Source: Octopus sinensis
Lineage: Eukaryota
DNA length: 64,000 nt
Assembly: GCF_006345805.1 (NCBI RefSeq)
Contig: NC_043000.1
Coordinates: 35,464,001-35,528,000, forward strand
Direction of reading: 5' to 3'
Part shown: positions 26,909 through 41,479 of the stretch, one piece after another
How the letters are laid out: each line of letters opens with the position of its first letter
How positions within the stretch are numbered: the first letter of the stretch is position 1
Translations under genes and position numbers: made by a program
Notes under the pieces: generated by a model
Seen by the model: the letters and a program-made list of their open reading frames with translations, nothing else
What the model was told of the DNA's origin: nothing
Databases searched by the model: none

Positions 26909-28219
26909 TATATATATGTATGCAGATATGTATGCATATACCTATGTGTGTATGTATATATGTACATGTATGTACGTATGCATGTATATATCTATATGTA
27001 TGTACGTATGTATGTACGTACGTACGTATGTATGTATATATGTATGTATGTATGTATGTACGTGTGTATGTACGTACGTATGTATGTATGTATGCATGCA
27101 TGTATGTATGTAGCTATACTCCTCCAATGACAGTACACTTATTTCGTGTGTTCAGCTGTTAGTCCATTTTAGAAAGAGTTTGATAAGATAAAGACTGAAC
27201 GGCACAGCATGCTGTCCACCACATCACCGCCGCCACATCATCACCACCACACCACCGCCACCGCATAGGTAAACCTCCGTTGGGCATTATTTGTTTATTT
27301 ACACTTTTACTTCAGCAATGACTTATTGTTTATTAACAAAACCCCTCCCCCCGACCGACCGCCTCCACCACCCCCTTTTTTGTCACCCTTCTCTTTAGTA
27401 ACCCACCCGATTCAACCGATCTACCCAAGTCACTAAATACAGTCAGAAGTAACGGAAGTCGGTGTTTGTTTGTACCCAAAGCCACCCTTTTACAACTAAC
27501 TACAGCAACGAAGTAACCGGATCCGACATATCAACAAATTTTGTTTTCAGGTGGACAGGACGTCAGTGGGTGTAGGGGTACGTGTGTGTGTGGGTGTTGG
27601 GGTACGTGTGTGTGTGGGTGTAGGGGTACGTGTGTATGTGTGTGTGTGTGTGGGCTTTGCCTCATTGTATGGGTATGCGTTTGTGTGTGCGTGCGTGTGT
27701 GTGTGTATGCACGCGCTTTGCCTCATTGTGTGTATGCGTTTGTGTGCGGTATGTGTGTGTGTGTGCATGCGTGCGTATTTTCAATTTTGTGCATTTCTGC
27801 TCTTTGCCTATCTGCTCTGTGTGTGTGTGCATTACGTGTTTTCTGTGCAAATGCATGTGTACTTACGTATTTATACAGCTTCTGTGTGTGAGTGTGTGCG
27901 TGTTGTGTGTGTGTGTGTGTGAGTGTGTGTTTGTGTGTGTGTGTGTGTCTGCGTGTGTGTGTGAGTGTGAGTGTGTGTGCGCGCGCGCGCGTTAGTGCGT
28001 GTGCGTATGTGTTTGTGTGTGTATGTGAATATGTGAGTGTTATCAGCGATTCAAGTATTAAATCACACAAGATGTTTATCTTGCTGTGATGGAGAAGTCG
28101 TTAGGATTGTTATCGTCATCATCATCGTCATCACCATCATCACCATCATCATAATCATTTACCATCATCATCATCATCATGGTCATACTCATCAGCCTTT
28201 GTCATCTTGATGATAGTGT

Positions 28220-28237
<18 letters not shown>

Positions 28238-28253
<16 letters not shown>

Positions 28254-28470
28254 GGTGGTGGTATGGTGGTGGTAGTGGTGGTATGGTGGTGGTGGTGGTG
28301 GTGGTGGTGGTTTTTGGTGGTGGTGGTGGTGGTGGTTTTGGTGGTGTGTGTGGGTGTGTGGTGGGTGGTGGTGGTGGTGGTGGTGGTGGTGGTGGTGGTG
28401 GTGGTGGTGGTGGTGTTGGTGGTGGTGGTGGTGGTGGTGGTGGTGGTGGTGGTGGTGGTGGTGGTGGTGA
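28238..28470 (+). repeat. (GGT)n microsatellite
   Basis: Directly visible; source of the poly-P/G/V ORFs. Confidence 0.97.
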
Positions 28471-28989
28471 TGATGAATATGATATATTCAACAGCATTGA
28501 AAACAAATAATATATTCTTTTATTTCTGCAAGGGTTATGAATAGGGACCAGTGTAAGGGGTGGAGCTACAAAACGGCGTCAGGGATTAAATCGGGTGACT
28601 AAATAACACAAGAGTCTTAGAAGGGGCTGCCAACCACAAAACATTTCAGATCCCAAATTATTCTAATTATTGTGAGAAAAGGTCAAGAATCAATGGCGAA
28701 AATGGTTAAGAGGAAACCAAGAACAAATGAAGAAAGATTCAAAAAGGAATCAGAAAAGAAAGAAGGAAAGAATAAAGACGAACCAACCAAGAATGGATCG
28801 GAAACAACAAAGAACTTTGATAGAAGCAAAAAGGAATTGAAATAAAATAAAAAAAAAAAAAAAGAAGACAATGTATTATTGAAGGACCAAAATTAAAGAA
28901 GAAGGAATCGAGACACTCCAGCCCATCTCTAATCACAAAAGAACTGCTATAGATAAAGTTGTTGTTTTGGTGAAAATGTTAACAAATAT

Positions 28990-29371
28990 ACCCGGGTCGT
29001 CGTGGCACTCCGTCGGCGGGTACGATGACGAGGAGAGTTCCAGTTGAACCGATCAACAGAGCAGCCTGCTCGTGAAGTTAACGTGCAAGTGGCTGAGCAC
29101 TCCACAGACACGAGCACCCTTAACGTAGTTCTCGGAGTGAACGACGAGTGTGACAAGGCTGGCCACTTTGAAAATACAGGTACAACAGAAACAAGAAGAA
29201 GAATGAGAGAAAGAGTATAGCAGGGTTCGCCACCCCCACCCCCTACCGGGACCTCGTAGAACTTTAGGTTTTTCGCTCAATAAACACTTACAACACCCAG
29301 TCTGGGAATCGAAATCGCGGTCCTCCGACCGCGAGTCCGCAGCCCTAACCTGCGGGCCATTGCGCCTCCAC
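28990..29371 (-). mobile_element. SINE family C, near full length
   Basis: Minus-strand tRNA-like head gtggaggcgcaatggcccgcaggttagggctgcggactcgcggtcggaggaccgcgatttcgattcccagactggg (A and B boxes), followed by body. Confidence 0.85.
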
Positions 29372-30100
29372 ACACCAGGGTAGATTGTTTGACAATAGTA
29401 GTTTGTAATACCGTAGGGTCCTTGTTACTTTTGTATTTCATAGTGATAGCTGTAATACCATAGGGTCATTGTAACTTCTGTGTTGATCGAGCGGAAGGTT
29501 TGTTGCCGTATTGACTCGGTTCAGCAATAAATCTCAGCAATATTTGCTCAACTATAAATGATCAGAAATCTGCCATATTTTGAAAGGCGAAGTGTGGTAG
29601 CTTATATTACTGGTTTACCATGGAGCGACAAGCCACGATCAGACAGCACAAACAAATGAAAGCGGAAATAATAATTGAAAGTCGTAAATAATGTTCGATT
29701 TATCGCTTTTCAAATAAAATCTGGATTGATCTAAAAATATTATTTCCGTCAAATCACTTGACCCGTTCAGTTTTATAACTGAAAACCAATACTTTGACTT
29801 GTTGCTCCATAAAGAAATCCACTTAAAATATTAGTTGTAAATATTTGCTGTCTCATTTCCAATTTGTCATCATCTCATAACATTCGTTGTTGTTGGTGTT
29901 GTTGTTGTTGTTGTTGCTGTTATTGTTGCTGGTGGTGTTATTGTTGTTGTATCGCTAGAGTTGCTGTTGTTGTTATTGAGGTTGTTGTTGCTAAAGTTGT
30001 TAATGTTTCTTCTGAAGCTGAATATATCAAGACAGCAGAGGCAGCAGCAGCAGCAGCAGCAGCGGCGGCAGCAGTGATAGTAGTAGTAGTAGTAGTAGCT

Positions 30101-30146
<46 letters not shown>

Positions 30147-30196
30147 CAGCAGTACCAGCAGCAGTAGACGGAGTGGAGGCAGACGTAGAAGTAAGT

Positions 30197-30244
<48 letters not shown>

Positions 30245-30349
30245 CACCACCACCACCACCACCACCACCAGCAGTAGTAGTAGTGCCACCACTACCACTA
30301 CTACTTTTACTTGGTTCAAAAGTGAAGACGTGTTCTTTCCTTTTTAGCA

Positions 30350-31440
30350 GCTACTTAAAAGTCCTTGGTGGGGTCACAACAGGGGTGGATAAAAATAATG
30401 GGACGTGTGATCCGGGAGAAGTGTAAGAGAGATGGTAGGGAACCAGCCAACGCCAGCGAACAGGAGCGATAGAAAAGGAAGGGAGGGGAAAGAAGAGACA
30501 GGATGTCTGTGGGCCAGAAGCCTGAGCCCGTGTGTGAGTGATTTTATGCCAATCTATCGAGTGGCCTTTCTCTGGATGAGGTCCAGGACATCTGTGTGGG
30601 CAGTAGTAGCGCCGTCCCAGATGTGGGAGCAATTCCACTTTGTGCACCTAACTTCAGATTTGTAGAATGTCAGCAATTGGTGGTGGGGGCGATGAAGTAT
30701 TTTCTGACTCTGAGGAATCAGGACCATTGGAATAGGGCCTTTGGAATAGGGTCGCTGGAATAGGGCCGTTGGAATAGGGTCGCTAGAATAGGGCCGTTGA
30801 AACAGGCGCCCACTTAAGGATGTGCTTCTGCCAGGAGAGATCCTAAGCGATTTAGTAAGATCTAGCACTTGGAGAATTCTAGTCACATGCTACTTGTACT
30901 TCTGATGGCATTCTCCCGGGGTGGGTTGAGCCGGCTCCGAGCAACGAGTTCACTATGACCCTCACCAATGCTGACCACATCCGGCGGTCGGCCTTAACAT
31001 TTCAGCAAGCAAAATAATGTAATGCTTCTTCTTGAGGCCCAAGAATCCAGCTTACAAATTTGACAAATGCCCCACGGTGAGAGTAAGCGCGTCGGATAGC
31101 GCTGACGCCGTGCCGTAGTCGTCATTTGCTGTTGAGGTGTAGTGTTCATGTTCGGGGTTTTCGTGGGAATAGAAGTTCACATGTGGCCCCCGATAACATG
31201 CATCTACACTTTGTTATAGTGTGATCTGCAGCAGTTCATAGTACCGTCGATTGTCGGCCGTCGCTAGGGATCCGCTAACCAAGAGCAGACGTAATCTGGG
31301 TTTGAAGCGTGGGGTACACATGCTAATTAACCCATAGCTGGTACCCTAACAGAAGCTACTATTCCAGGTTAGATGAGATCCAGGAAAAACAGTGTCGAAA
31401 AGGTGGTTCCACATTCCTTAAACCCTTGGAATCCCAGCAC
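30350..31440 (-). pseudogene. Degenerate reverse transcriptase / 3' ORF2 fragment of a CR1/L2/jockey-group LINE
   Basis: LLTFYKSEVRCTKWNCSHIWDGA...VLDLIQRKATR matches the LYK.QVRP..EYCSHIW.GA...LD.IQRKA.R pattern. The upstream part is heavily decayed. Confidence 0.65.
30727..30810 (+). repeat. 14-bp minisatellite (ttggaatagggccg-like), ~6 units with a 28-bp alternating pattern
   Basis: ttggaatagggcct ttggaatagggtcg ctggaatagggccg ttggaatagggtcg ctagaatagggccg ttgaaacaggcgcc. Confidence 0.9.
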
Positions 31441-31802
31441 CAAGGCCCTAATAATGGAAGCAGTATAAAGTCTCACCCAGGACCGTCTTTCTGGGACGGA
31501 TAAAACAAAACAGAAGTACTAGAGTCACCTCTTTCCCACATCTACCACCTTCAACTTCAGGCCTTCTGCTCCAGAAATCAATACTGAGTTTATTCCAGTC
31601 GAAGATTTTAGCTTAAAAATTGTCGGTATCGGCTTTTAGTCCCCATTGGTTGTTACCGTCGGCTATGCTACGGTACTGAATCTATTTCTCTGCATAAGCA
31701 TACAAACCTTCAGCTACACACATTTTCCCTGTTTTAAATCTTAGTATCTGAGTGTGCATTATTACCTATAAAAACAAATTACGACAAGATTATTATTATA
31801 AT

Positions 31803-32354
31803 CTTTTCTACTCTAGGCATAATTTGAACTCAGAACGTAAAGACAGACAAAATACCTATTTCTTTACTACCCAAAAGGGGCTAAACACAGAGAGGACAAA
31901 CAAAGACAAACAAACGGATTAAGTCGATTATATCGACCTCAGTGCGTAACTGGTACTTAATTTATCGACCCCAAAAGAATGAAAGGCAAAGTCGACTTCG
32001 GCGGAATTTGAACTCAGAACGTAGCGGCAGACGAAATACCTATTTCTTTATTACCCACAAGGGGCTAAACATAGACCTCGGCGATAGCATTTCGCCCGGC
32101 GTGCTAACGTTTCTGCCAGCTCGCCACCTTTGAATAATAGTATAATCTTTTCTACTCCAGGCATAATGCCCAAAATTTTGGTGGAGGGGGAGGGGCCAGT
32201 CGACCCCAGTACGCAACTGGTACTTAATTTATCGACCCAAAAGAATGAAAGGCAAAGTCGACCAAAGCGGAATTTGAACTCAAAACGTAACGACAGAGGA
32301 AATACCACTAAGCATTTCGCCCGGCTTGCTAACGTTTCTGCCAGCTCGCCACCT
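31803..32354 (-). mobile_element. Cluster of tandem SINE family B units
   Basis: Repeated ggcggaatttgaactcagaacgt cores with both tail types. Confidence 0.85.
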
Positions 32355-32901
32355 TTGAATAATAAAGTAATAAAATATCAAATTATTAAAAAGAAATAAT
32401 CCTTTCTCTTATAGGATGAGGACCTGAGGCTTTTCGGAGTGGGGGGGGAGGACTCGTCGATTACATCCTTCCCATGTAGTCCTCATGTAGCACCACACCC
32501 AAAATATTGCACCCTGCTTTTATTCCCGATAAATTAATCAAATACCAGTTTTATGCTATGGTAAATTCAATAAATTATAATTCTTTCTCTACAATATGTA
32601 CCTTTGGTTATCCTTATGAGTAATCGATGTGGCTGCTGCCGCTGCTGCTGCTGCTGCTATTATTTCTGTTGTTACTGTTGCTGCAGTCAGTGGTTCTGTT
32701 ATGGCTGCGAGAAGAAACGATCAGAAGAGAGGCGAAGTTTACGTCAATAACATGGAGTTTTAACCTTTTTAGTTAAACTGTTTTTAGTCTTTGATCACAG
32801 AATGTGTGCGCATGTGCATACACACGCACTTCATGTACACACATACACACACACATCATGTACACACACGCAAACACACGTGCACACACACACATACATA
32901 T

Positions 32902-33280
32902 GGGGTGGCTGTGTGGTAAGTAGCTTGCTTACCGACCACATGGTTCCGGGTTCAGTTCCACTGCGTAACACCTTGAGCAAGTGTCTTCTAGTATAGCCTC
33001 GGGCCGACCAAAGTCTTGTGGGTCAATTTGGTAGACGGAAACTGAAAGAAGCCTGTCGTGTGTATGTGTAAATATGTATATCTTTGTGTGTCTGTGTTTG
33101 CCCCCACCACCACCATCGCTTGACAACCGATGTTGGTGTGTTTACGTCTCCGTAACTTAGCGGTTCGGTTAAAGAGATCGATAGAATAAGTACTAGGCTT
33201 ACAAAAGAATAAGTCCTGGGGTCGTTTTATTCGACTAAAGGCGGTGCTCCAGCAGTCACATGACTGAAACTAGTAAAAGA

Positions 33281-33282
<2 letters not shown>
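32902..33282 (+). mobile_element. SINE family A, full length
   Basis: Head gtggctgtgtggtaagtagcttgc, B box ccgggttcagttcc, tail aaaagaata. Confidence 0.87.
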
Positions 33283-33309
<27 letters not shown>

Positions 33310-33312
<3 letters not shown>

Positions 33313-33600
33313 AACACGCCAGAGTAAGCACGTAAATGTGAAACAAGGTGGGAAAAAATAGTACTCGAATACCGGAGGTAGAGTAATATGCTTTATTATT
33401 AAAGTTGCAAAAACATAGAAAATATTACAAAAAATTTTCTATTCAGTGTTTCACGCACGTTCCCGTTCGTCGGGCAGTTGTGATCCGTCCGACAAACGAG
33501 AACGTGAAACTCTGAGTAACAGAATTTTGTGATGTCTTTTGCGAGTTTTTTGCAGCTTTAATAATAAAGTGTATATGTATATATGTATATATGTATATAT
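33310..33600. mobile_element. Penelope-like terminal-repeat remnant (inverted pair) with two decayed hammerhead cores
   Basis: Plus 33485-33522: ccgt-CCGACAA-ACG AGAA CGT-GAAAC-TCTGA-GTA-ACAG; inverted decayed partner at 33443-33478. The flank gtactcgaatacc...gtagagtaatatgcttta recurs near 14070, 49500 and 53240. Confidence 0.55.
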
Positions 33601-33666
33601 ATAGGGAAGCTTTATGAAAATAGACAAAAGACGAAGGCAGGTGGAAAACAAACAAACAATTGTATT

Positions 33667-33707
<41 letters not shown>

Positions 33708-33953
33708 ATTTGGAAAATTGTGGCTTTTGAAACATGTGTAGAATGCAATAAAAGGAATTCTGTTCAATCTTCGTTCAACTCCATTTCTTCTATTCACTAA
33801 TAATACTAAAATTCAATTATCCGCACCAACGCACGGTTGCAACACCAAAAGGTTTTATCTCCAACCGTGCTTTCTTCTGCCGTGATTTTTGCTACCAAGG
33901 TATCGGTTAAACTTTTGATTAATCTGCAACAGATTATTCATTTTCTATTTTAC

Positions 33954-34045
<92 letters not shown>

Positions 34046-34049
34046 TATG

Positions 34050-34101
<52 letters not shown>

Positions 34102-34154
34102 TATATACACACACACACATATATATATAATATATATATCTATATACGATACAT

Positions 34155-34935
<781 letters not shown>

Positions 34936-34959
34936 ATATAGATAGATAGAGAGAGCGCG

Positions 34960-35061
34960 ATACATACATACATACATACATACCATACATACATACATAG
35001 GTACATACATACACACATACATACATAGGTACATACATATATACATACAAACATACATACA

Positions 35062-35092
<31 letters not shown>

Positions 35093-35149
35093 GTACATAC
35101 ATACATAGGTACATACATACATACAAACATGCATATATACATACATACA

Positions 35150-35183
<34 letters not shown>

Positions 35184-35320
35184 CATACTACATACATACA
35201 ATACATACATACATACATACAATACAGACAATACATATATACATACATAGGTACCTCATACATACAATACATACATACATACATACATACATACATACAT
35301 ACATACTACATAGGTATGCA
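34960..35320 (+). repeat. (TACA)n compound microsatellite
   Basis: Directly visible. Confidence 0.95.
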
Positions 35321-35855
35321 TACATACACGCATTTAAAAGTAAAAAGCTAAGAAAAATAACCGAAAGAGTTCAGGATATGAATTTGGATAAATGAGATGA
35401 GAGAGAGGTGGGGTGTGGGGGTTATTGATGGGCGTAAAAAGAATTAATTTCTTTCCGAGTAGGAAACGGAAAACTAAAACCTATCGGCAATTGTTGGCGA
35501 CTGTGAAAGAAAGAGGAAGGCATTCAGCTAAAGATATTCGGGATAAATGACAGTCTGAACCTTGTTTAGATGCGGGACGATAATAGGAATAAAGAACTCG
35601 GTCCGGTACAATCTTGCTTTGATTGCAAATTAGCTTCTTATTTTATTTTATTTTATTTTATTTTTTTTGCTTTCCTTATGGAAAAGTTTAATTGTTTAAT
35701 TAAAACTATGCAAATGGACTTACACGAAAACAGCACTGTGTTTCTTTTTCTATAAGCAAAAAAAAATCAAATAAACTTTGCTTCTTGGATAAGTATGGCT
35801 GTAGTGTAGTGTAGTGATGAAATCTTTAATTAGAGCTGAAACACTGTGTCCTATA

Positions 35856-35905
<50 letters not shown>

Positions 35906-36331
35906 TGTGTATATTATAGGTAAGATTTTATGAATGTATGTGTATCTATCTATCTATGTATATATATATATATATATAAGAGAAATATGGGTATGCGTGC
36001 GCGTGTGTTTGTGTATGTGTGTGTGTATTCGAAGATAGGAACACAAAGATAAATGGCCGAGAATTTATGATTATTTAATATCCTTTTTTAAACCCCAAAT
36101 TAAGAGCGAACAAAAACAAACCAACTGCTGGCTTTTATCCACCTTTACATACTACGTTACTTATTCAAATAAAACACATTTTCCTCCCTTCCTCCTTTTT
36201 CTCCTCTCTTTTTCTCTCTCTCTCTCTCTCTCAAATTTAAGTAAGGCTCTTATTAACCAATTTCTGAATAGCGAGCTATTCTGTTGATATTTCGATGTGA
36301 AGAGTTTATAAGTATAATAGAGGTTTCACTC

Positions 36332-36371
36332 TGTCTGCAGAGTCAAGCGGGTGACGAAACAGCTATAGACA
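36332..36371 (+). ncRNA. Degenerate small hammerhead motif
   Basis: ugu-CUGCAGA-GUCA/UGAC-GAAAC-AGCU-AUA-GACA. The core has A6>C, the G16.2 position is A, and stem I is off by one. Confidence 0.5.
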
Positions 36372-36925
36372 CCGCTTAGATCCAGTCAAGGGAAATTAAC
36401 CATTTATAACTAATTCAAGATTAAATAAAACTCGATGATCGCCAGACAAATTATATGCATTCGGGTTTTTGAGGTGTGTCAATAGATTTGTTGTTATTTC
36501 TCAACTTCAAGTTAATGTTTGACATATAGATTATTTAAAATCTTTGGCTTTTAATTTATAAGTTATTCATATTCTCGGGATTAATTGTGTCAAAATAAAA
36601 TTTCAAGATGTCATATTTTGCTGTATTTAAACATTAAAAAACCTGACTTATTTATCAGTTGTAGACTTGATAAGTTTCTTGTAATACCATCTCCTCTCTG
36701 CTTTGCTTTTGCCCGCTGTCTTTCATATGGTGCCCTTGTTGTGTGAAAGACAAGCAGAGCATCGACAATATCAATCGAGTTATTAAATTTACGTCTATAC
36801 GTTCTAAATTCAAAACCTCCATGGCCGTTTTTACCTTTCGTCCCTTCCAAATCGATAAAATTTGAATATTCGCACACATATATTCGTACATATATTCAAT
36901 AGTAATATACACGAACACACACACA

Positions 36926-36959
<34 letters not shown>

Positions 36960-37030
36960 CACAAGCATAAACACACACACACATATATCTATTATATAAT
37001 TAAATATAAGAAGAATAGAAGTGGGTGTTC

Positions 37031-37119
37031 AAAATTCCCAACAGCTGTTTCGGCAGCATTTAATTCATGCATTCTTATGTAGCATCATAGCAAAACTCCG
37101 GCGTCATCAGGCAAACTTT
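37031..37119 (-). ncRNA. Degenerate hammerhead motif (AGCU loop)
   Basis: CUGAUGA ... GCUGCC-GAAAC-AGCU-GUU are present, but stems I and II are poorly paired. Confidence 0.4.
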
Positions 37120-37309
37120 AAACATATAAACGGGTCAGAGAGAAACAGAAGATGACCCATTCACCCACCATCATAATGAACAACTGTTGATTCACCTTAC
37201 TGTGAGCTTAATACTAAGTACTCAGCCATTCCTGGCGTTCTGCTTGTTGATATACCAAGATTCCAATGATCTTGTAACTAATCTACATATAATACATATA
37301 TTATATATA

Positions 37310-37343
<34 letters not shown>

Positions 37344-37404
37344 TATATATACATATATATATAATATATATAATATATATATAATATATATATACATATA
37401 TATG

Positions 37405-37447
<43 letters not shown>

Positions 37448-38037
37448 CATGTATATATAATGTATGTATATATATACATATATAATATACATATATTATA
37501 TACTATATATTATCTATATATATATATATATATATATACTATATATTATCTATATATATATATCTATATATATATATATATAATATATATACAAAATAAA
37601 GGGAACCAAAACGCAATAGAGGTCATTAAACATTCAGACAGATAAATGATACAAAGGCGGACAAGAGAAACAACAATAAAAAGGACAGGCAAAAAAAAGA
37701 CGGGTCATTCGTGGGTTTCTTTCCTCAATCAAGTATCAGAAGTCACGACCATTTCGGACAATTACACTTGAGATGGTTCGATCTGGTTGCCCCCTAAAAA
37801 GTCTAAGCTAAGAGCATTAGACCCCTTTGTAAGAAACCTAGCGAATGTGTACGGCAACAATGACAAAAAAAAACAAAAAAAAACGGAGAACACGGTACAC
37901 AGTTACGAATACAAAAAACAAGAAATAACAACAGGTGTCTATATATACATACATACCTACATACATACATACATACATACATACATACATACATACATAC
38001 ATACATACATACATACATACATACATACATACATACA

Positions 38038-38100
<63 letters not shown>

Positions 38101-38220
38101 GACAGGTATTGATATCCAGAAGATCCAAAAGGCAGCTAAAGTTACGTGAGTGCTACGGAGGGACCGCTGTTAGACTCTCGGTTCGATAATAGTATGAGTG
38201 AGGAGTCGTGTGTGAGCGTG

Positions 38221-38439
38221 TATAGGTCAAATAAAATGAGACAACAAAGCCATGGCAGTGTGAAATTTCTAGGACATTTTATAAAGAGAAGGATAGTCTT
38301 ACAGCTGTTTCAGGGATATAAAAGATGATGGGGTATCTTTTATATCCCTGAAACAGCTGTAAGACTACTCTTCTCCTTATAAAATGTCCTAGAAATTTCA
38401 CACCGCCTTGCTTTGTTGTCTTATTTTATTTAACCTATA
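38221..38439. repeat. Near-perfect palindrome (~105-bp arms, 8-nt loop) centred on a 5'-truncated hammerhead
   Basis: Arms 38221-38326 and 38335-38439. The plus strand reads GAUGA-U GGGGUAU/AUAUCCC U-GAAAC-AGCU-GUA-AGAC, with the initial CU of the core missing. Confidence 0.85.
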
Positions 38440-38462
38440 TATAAATATTTTTACATATATAT

Positions 38463-39158
38463 ATACGAAAGAAGGTTTGAAAATGCAATTTTAAAAGATG
38501 ATTATTTACTTTACCGGTTTCACTCTTTGGAAAAAGATTGTGAAAAGTAACATGTAGAAGTTTGGTTGCATTAATTGTTGGTTGTTACAAAATGCTACAT
38601 TACATATATACAGTCTTTGGTAACAAGGACATGTTAAGGACATAAAAAAGTTTAACAAGTTCCTTAAAATATTGGGCACAAAAGGTTACAACATAAATAA
38701 ATATAATATATTTGTTGTAGTCATTTGTGCCCAATATTTCAATGAACTTGTTAAACTTTTTTATGTTCTTAACATGCTCTTGTCACCAAAGAATGTAATA
38801 TATATATATGTATTGTAGTACTCTGTGTCAACCAATATTCTGTGCGTGTTTGAATATACAGATACAATACCGATATCCCACTGAACTTTTTAATAATTCT
38901 TTAACATGTTCTTGAGAAGGATTATTTATGTTGTAATCTTTTGTGCCCAATATTTGAAGGAACTTGTTAAACTTTTTTATGTCCTTAATATGTCCTTGTT
39001 ACCAAAGACTTGTATATATGTAATGTAGCATTTTGTAACCACCAATAATTAACGCAACCAAACTTCTACATGTTACTTTTCGCATTTTTTTCCAAAGAGT
39101 GAAACCGGTAAGTAATAAACCATCTTTTAAAATTGCATTTTCAAACCTTCTTTCGTAT
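38463..39158. repeat. Large inverted repeat (~240-bp arms, 38463-38700 and 38922-39158) with a partial third copy in the spacer
   Basis: Arms align by eye. Each carries GAAAC-CG-GTA (3' half of a hammerhead-like motif) but no CUGANGA. Confidence 0.85.
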
Positions 39159-39194
39159 TATTCCACTCGTGCGGTACCCTACAACTCCATTTTG

Positions 39195-39250
<56 letters not shown>

Positions 39251-39522
39251 TAGATATAGGATAATAGATGAAAGAAACTCGAAAATGATATGGGCTAAAC
39301 GTATTAAAATAAATACAGAGATAATTCTAAATAATTTTTCCGAACGCGAAGTTGCGGTTTATCGGTCCAACATTCTATTTTTAGTGTAGAATAACAGATA
39401 GAGACACGAGTTCGAGTCCAGAGTAAAATGTGTCTCTATTCTACAACCGATAGATCAAGTTTATCCCCGAATGTCTTTTCGTTTTAACCATCGCTATATT
39501 TCAATGTATGTACGTATGTATG

Positions 39523-39610
<88 letters not shown>

Positions 39611-39760
39611 GTGCATGTATGTATGTATGCATGTATATACTTATATATATATAATTAAGTATGTATTATATATATATATGTGTGTATGTCATATATATAT
39701 GTGTGTGTGTGTGGTATATATACATACATACATACATATATGTGGGGGGTGTATACATAC

Positions 39761-39796
<36 letters not shown>

Positions 39797-40299
39797 ATAT
39801 ATATATACATATATATATATACATATATATATTATATATATACACACACACATATATATATGTGTATGTGTGTACATATGTATTTCATGTTTCTCTTTTT
39901 ATCTGCCTGTATATGTGTATATTCGTGTATAAATACGTATATGTGTAAAAATACAACACATACACATTTTCAGATGTGGTAACATACCTATATATATATG
40001 TGTGTGTGTGTGGTGTGTGTGTGTGTGTACAGAAGGGATGTGTATGTGTGTTTGTATATATGCATGTGTGTGTGTATGTGTAATAAAAGCTGAGACGAAT
40101 ACGTAAACAGAAGGAGGCATCATTAATTTTACCGTCATCAAACAGCAATAACCAACCAGCAACCTTGCAACAATAACATTAACAACAACAACAACAGCAG
40201 CAGCAGCAGCAGCAGCGACATCAACAACAATCTTAGATTAATGACAACAACCACCGCTATGAAAATATACCATTATACCAGCAGAAACAACCTCTATAA

Positions 40300-40749
40300 T
40301 AACAGCATCGTCATCACCATCGTCATCATCAACATCATCATCATCAACATCATCATCATCATCATCATCATCATCCTCACCATCAGCATCATCAGCATCA
40401 GCATCAACATAATCACCATCATCATCATCATCATCATCATCATCACCATCATCATCAACATCATCATCATCATCATCATCATCCTCACCATCAGCATCAT
40501 CACCATTATCATCGTCATCATCATCATCATCATCATCACCATCATCATCAGCATCATCATCATCATCATCATCCTCACCATCAGCATCATCACCATTATC
40601 ATCGTCATCATCATCATCATCATCTCATCATCATCTACATCATCATCGTCATCGTCTTTATCATCATCATCAATATCATCATCCTCATTATCATCATCAA
40701 CATCATCATCCTCATTATCATCATCAACATCATCCTCATCATTATCATC

Positions 40750-40781
<32 letters not shown>

Positions 40782-40784
40782 CAC

Positions 40785-40828
<44 letters not shown>

Positions 40829-40830
40829 CC
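40300..40830 (+). repeat. (CAT)n compound microsatellite with higher-order repeats
   Basis: Directly visible; source of the 210-aa poly-I/S ORF. Confidence 0.95.
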
Positions 40831-41410
40831 ACCACCACCAACAGCAGCAATGAATAATATAACGACGAGTTAACTAAGAACTAGCAACAACAACAAAATG
40901 AACAACAAAAAGTTCAGCCCATAACAACAACAACAACAACAACAGTAACGATATGATTAACGAGAACAACAACAACAACAAAGGAAAGAATAATAATAAG
41001 AAGAATAACAATAATAACAATAATAATAACAACAACAATAACAGCAACAAAGTGATTACATAAACAGTTAAGACGTCTAGGGAGGGAGAAAACAAGTGTC
41101 CAGTTATTGAATGGTGTTTGTGTTGTGGGGTAGGTGAGGGTGGGGGCGATGGGCGGGGGGGAGCGAGGAGCGAGTGGTGGGTGGGGGAAATCTGACGGAC
41201 AAGCCAAACATTCATACAACGATCGATAACTGTCTGATTATTGAATTTGGTGTCCACCATTATCCTCTCAACGTTCACTGACCTCCCACCACCACCACCA
41301 CCACCACCAGCCCCCCCCACTCCTACCTCAGCCACACACGCGTGCGCGTGCGCGCGTACACATTTTCTCTCTTTCGGTCTCTTCCTCATTATATGTACAT
41401 GCCTATGTGC

Positions 41411-41444
<34 letters not shown>

Positions 41445-41479
41445 ATGTATGTATATGTGTATGTGCGTCTGCGTGTGTG

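Noticed and set aside
28238-28470. G-quadruplex or glycine/proline-rich protein
   Set aside because: An ordinary (GGT)n microsatellite with no supporting context.
29280-29371. Functional tRNA genes (also the SINE heads at 12089, 46699 and 57843)
   Set aside because: They have A/B boxes but no complete cloverleaf I could fold, and they continue into repeat bodies; they are treated as SINE heads.
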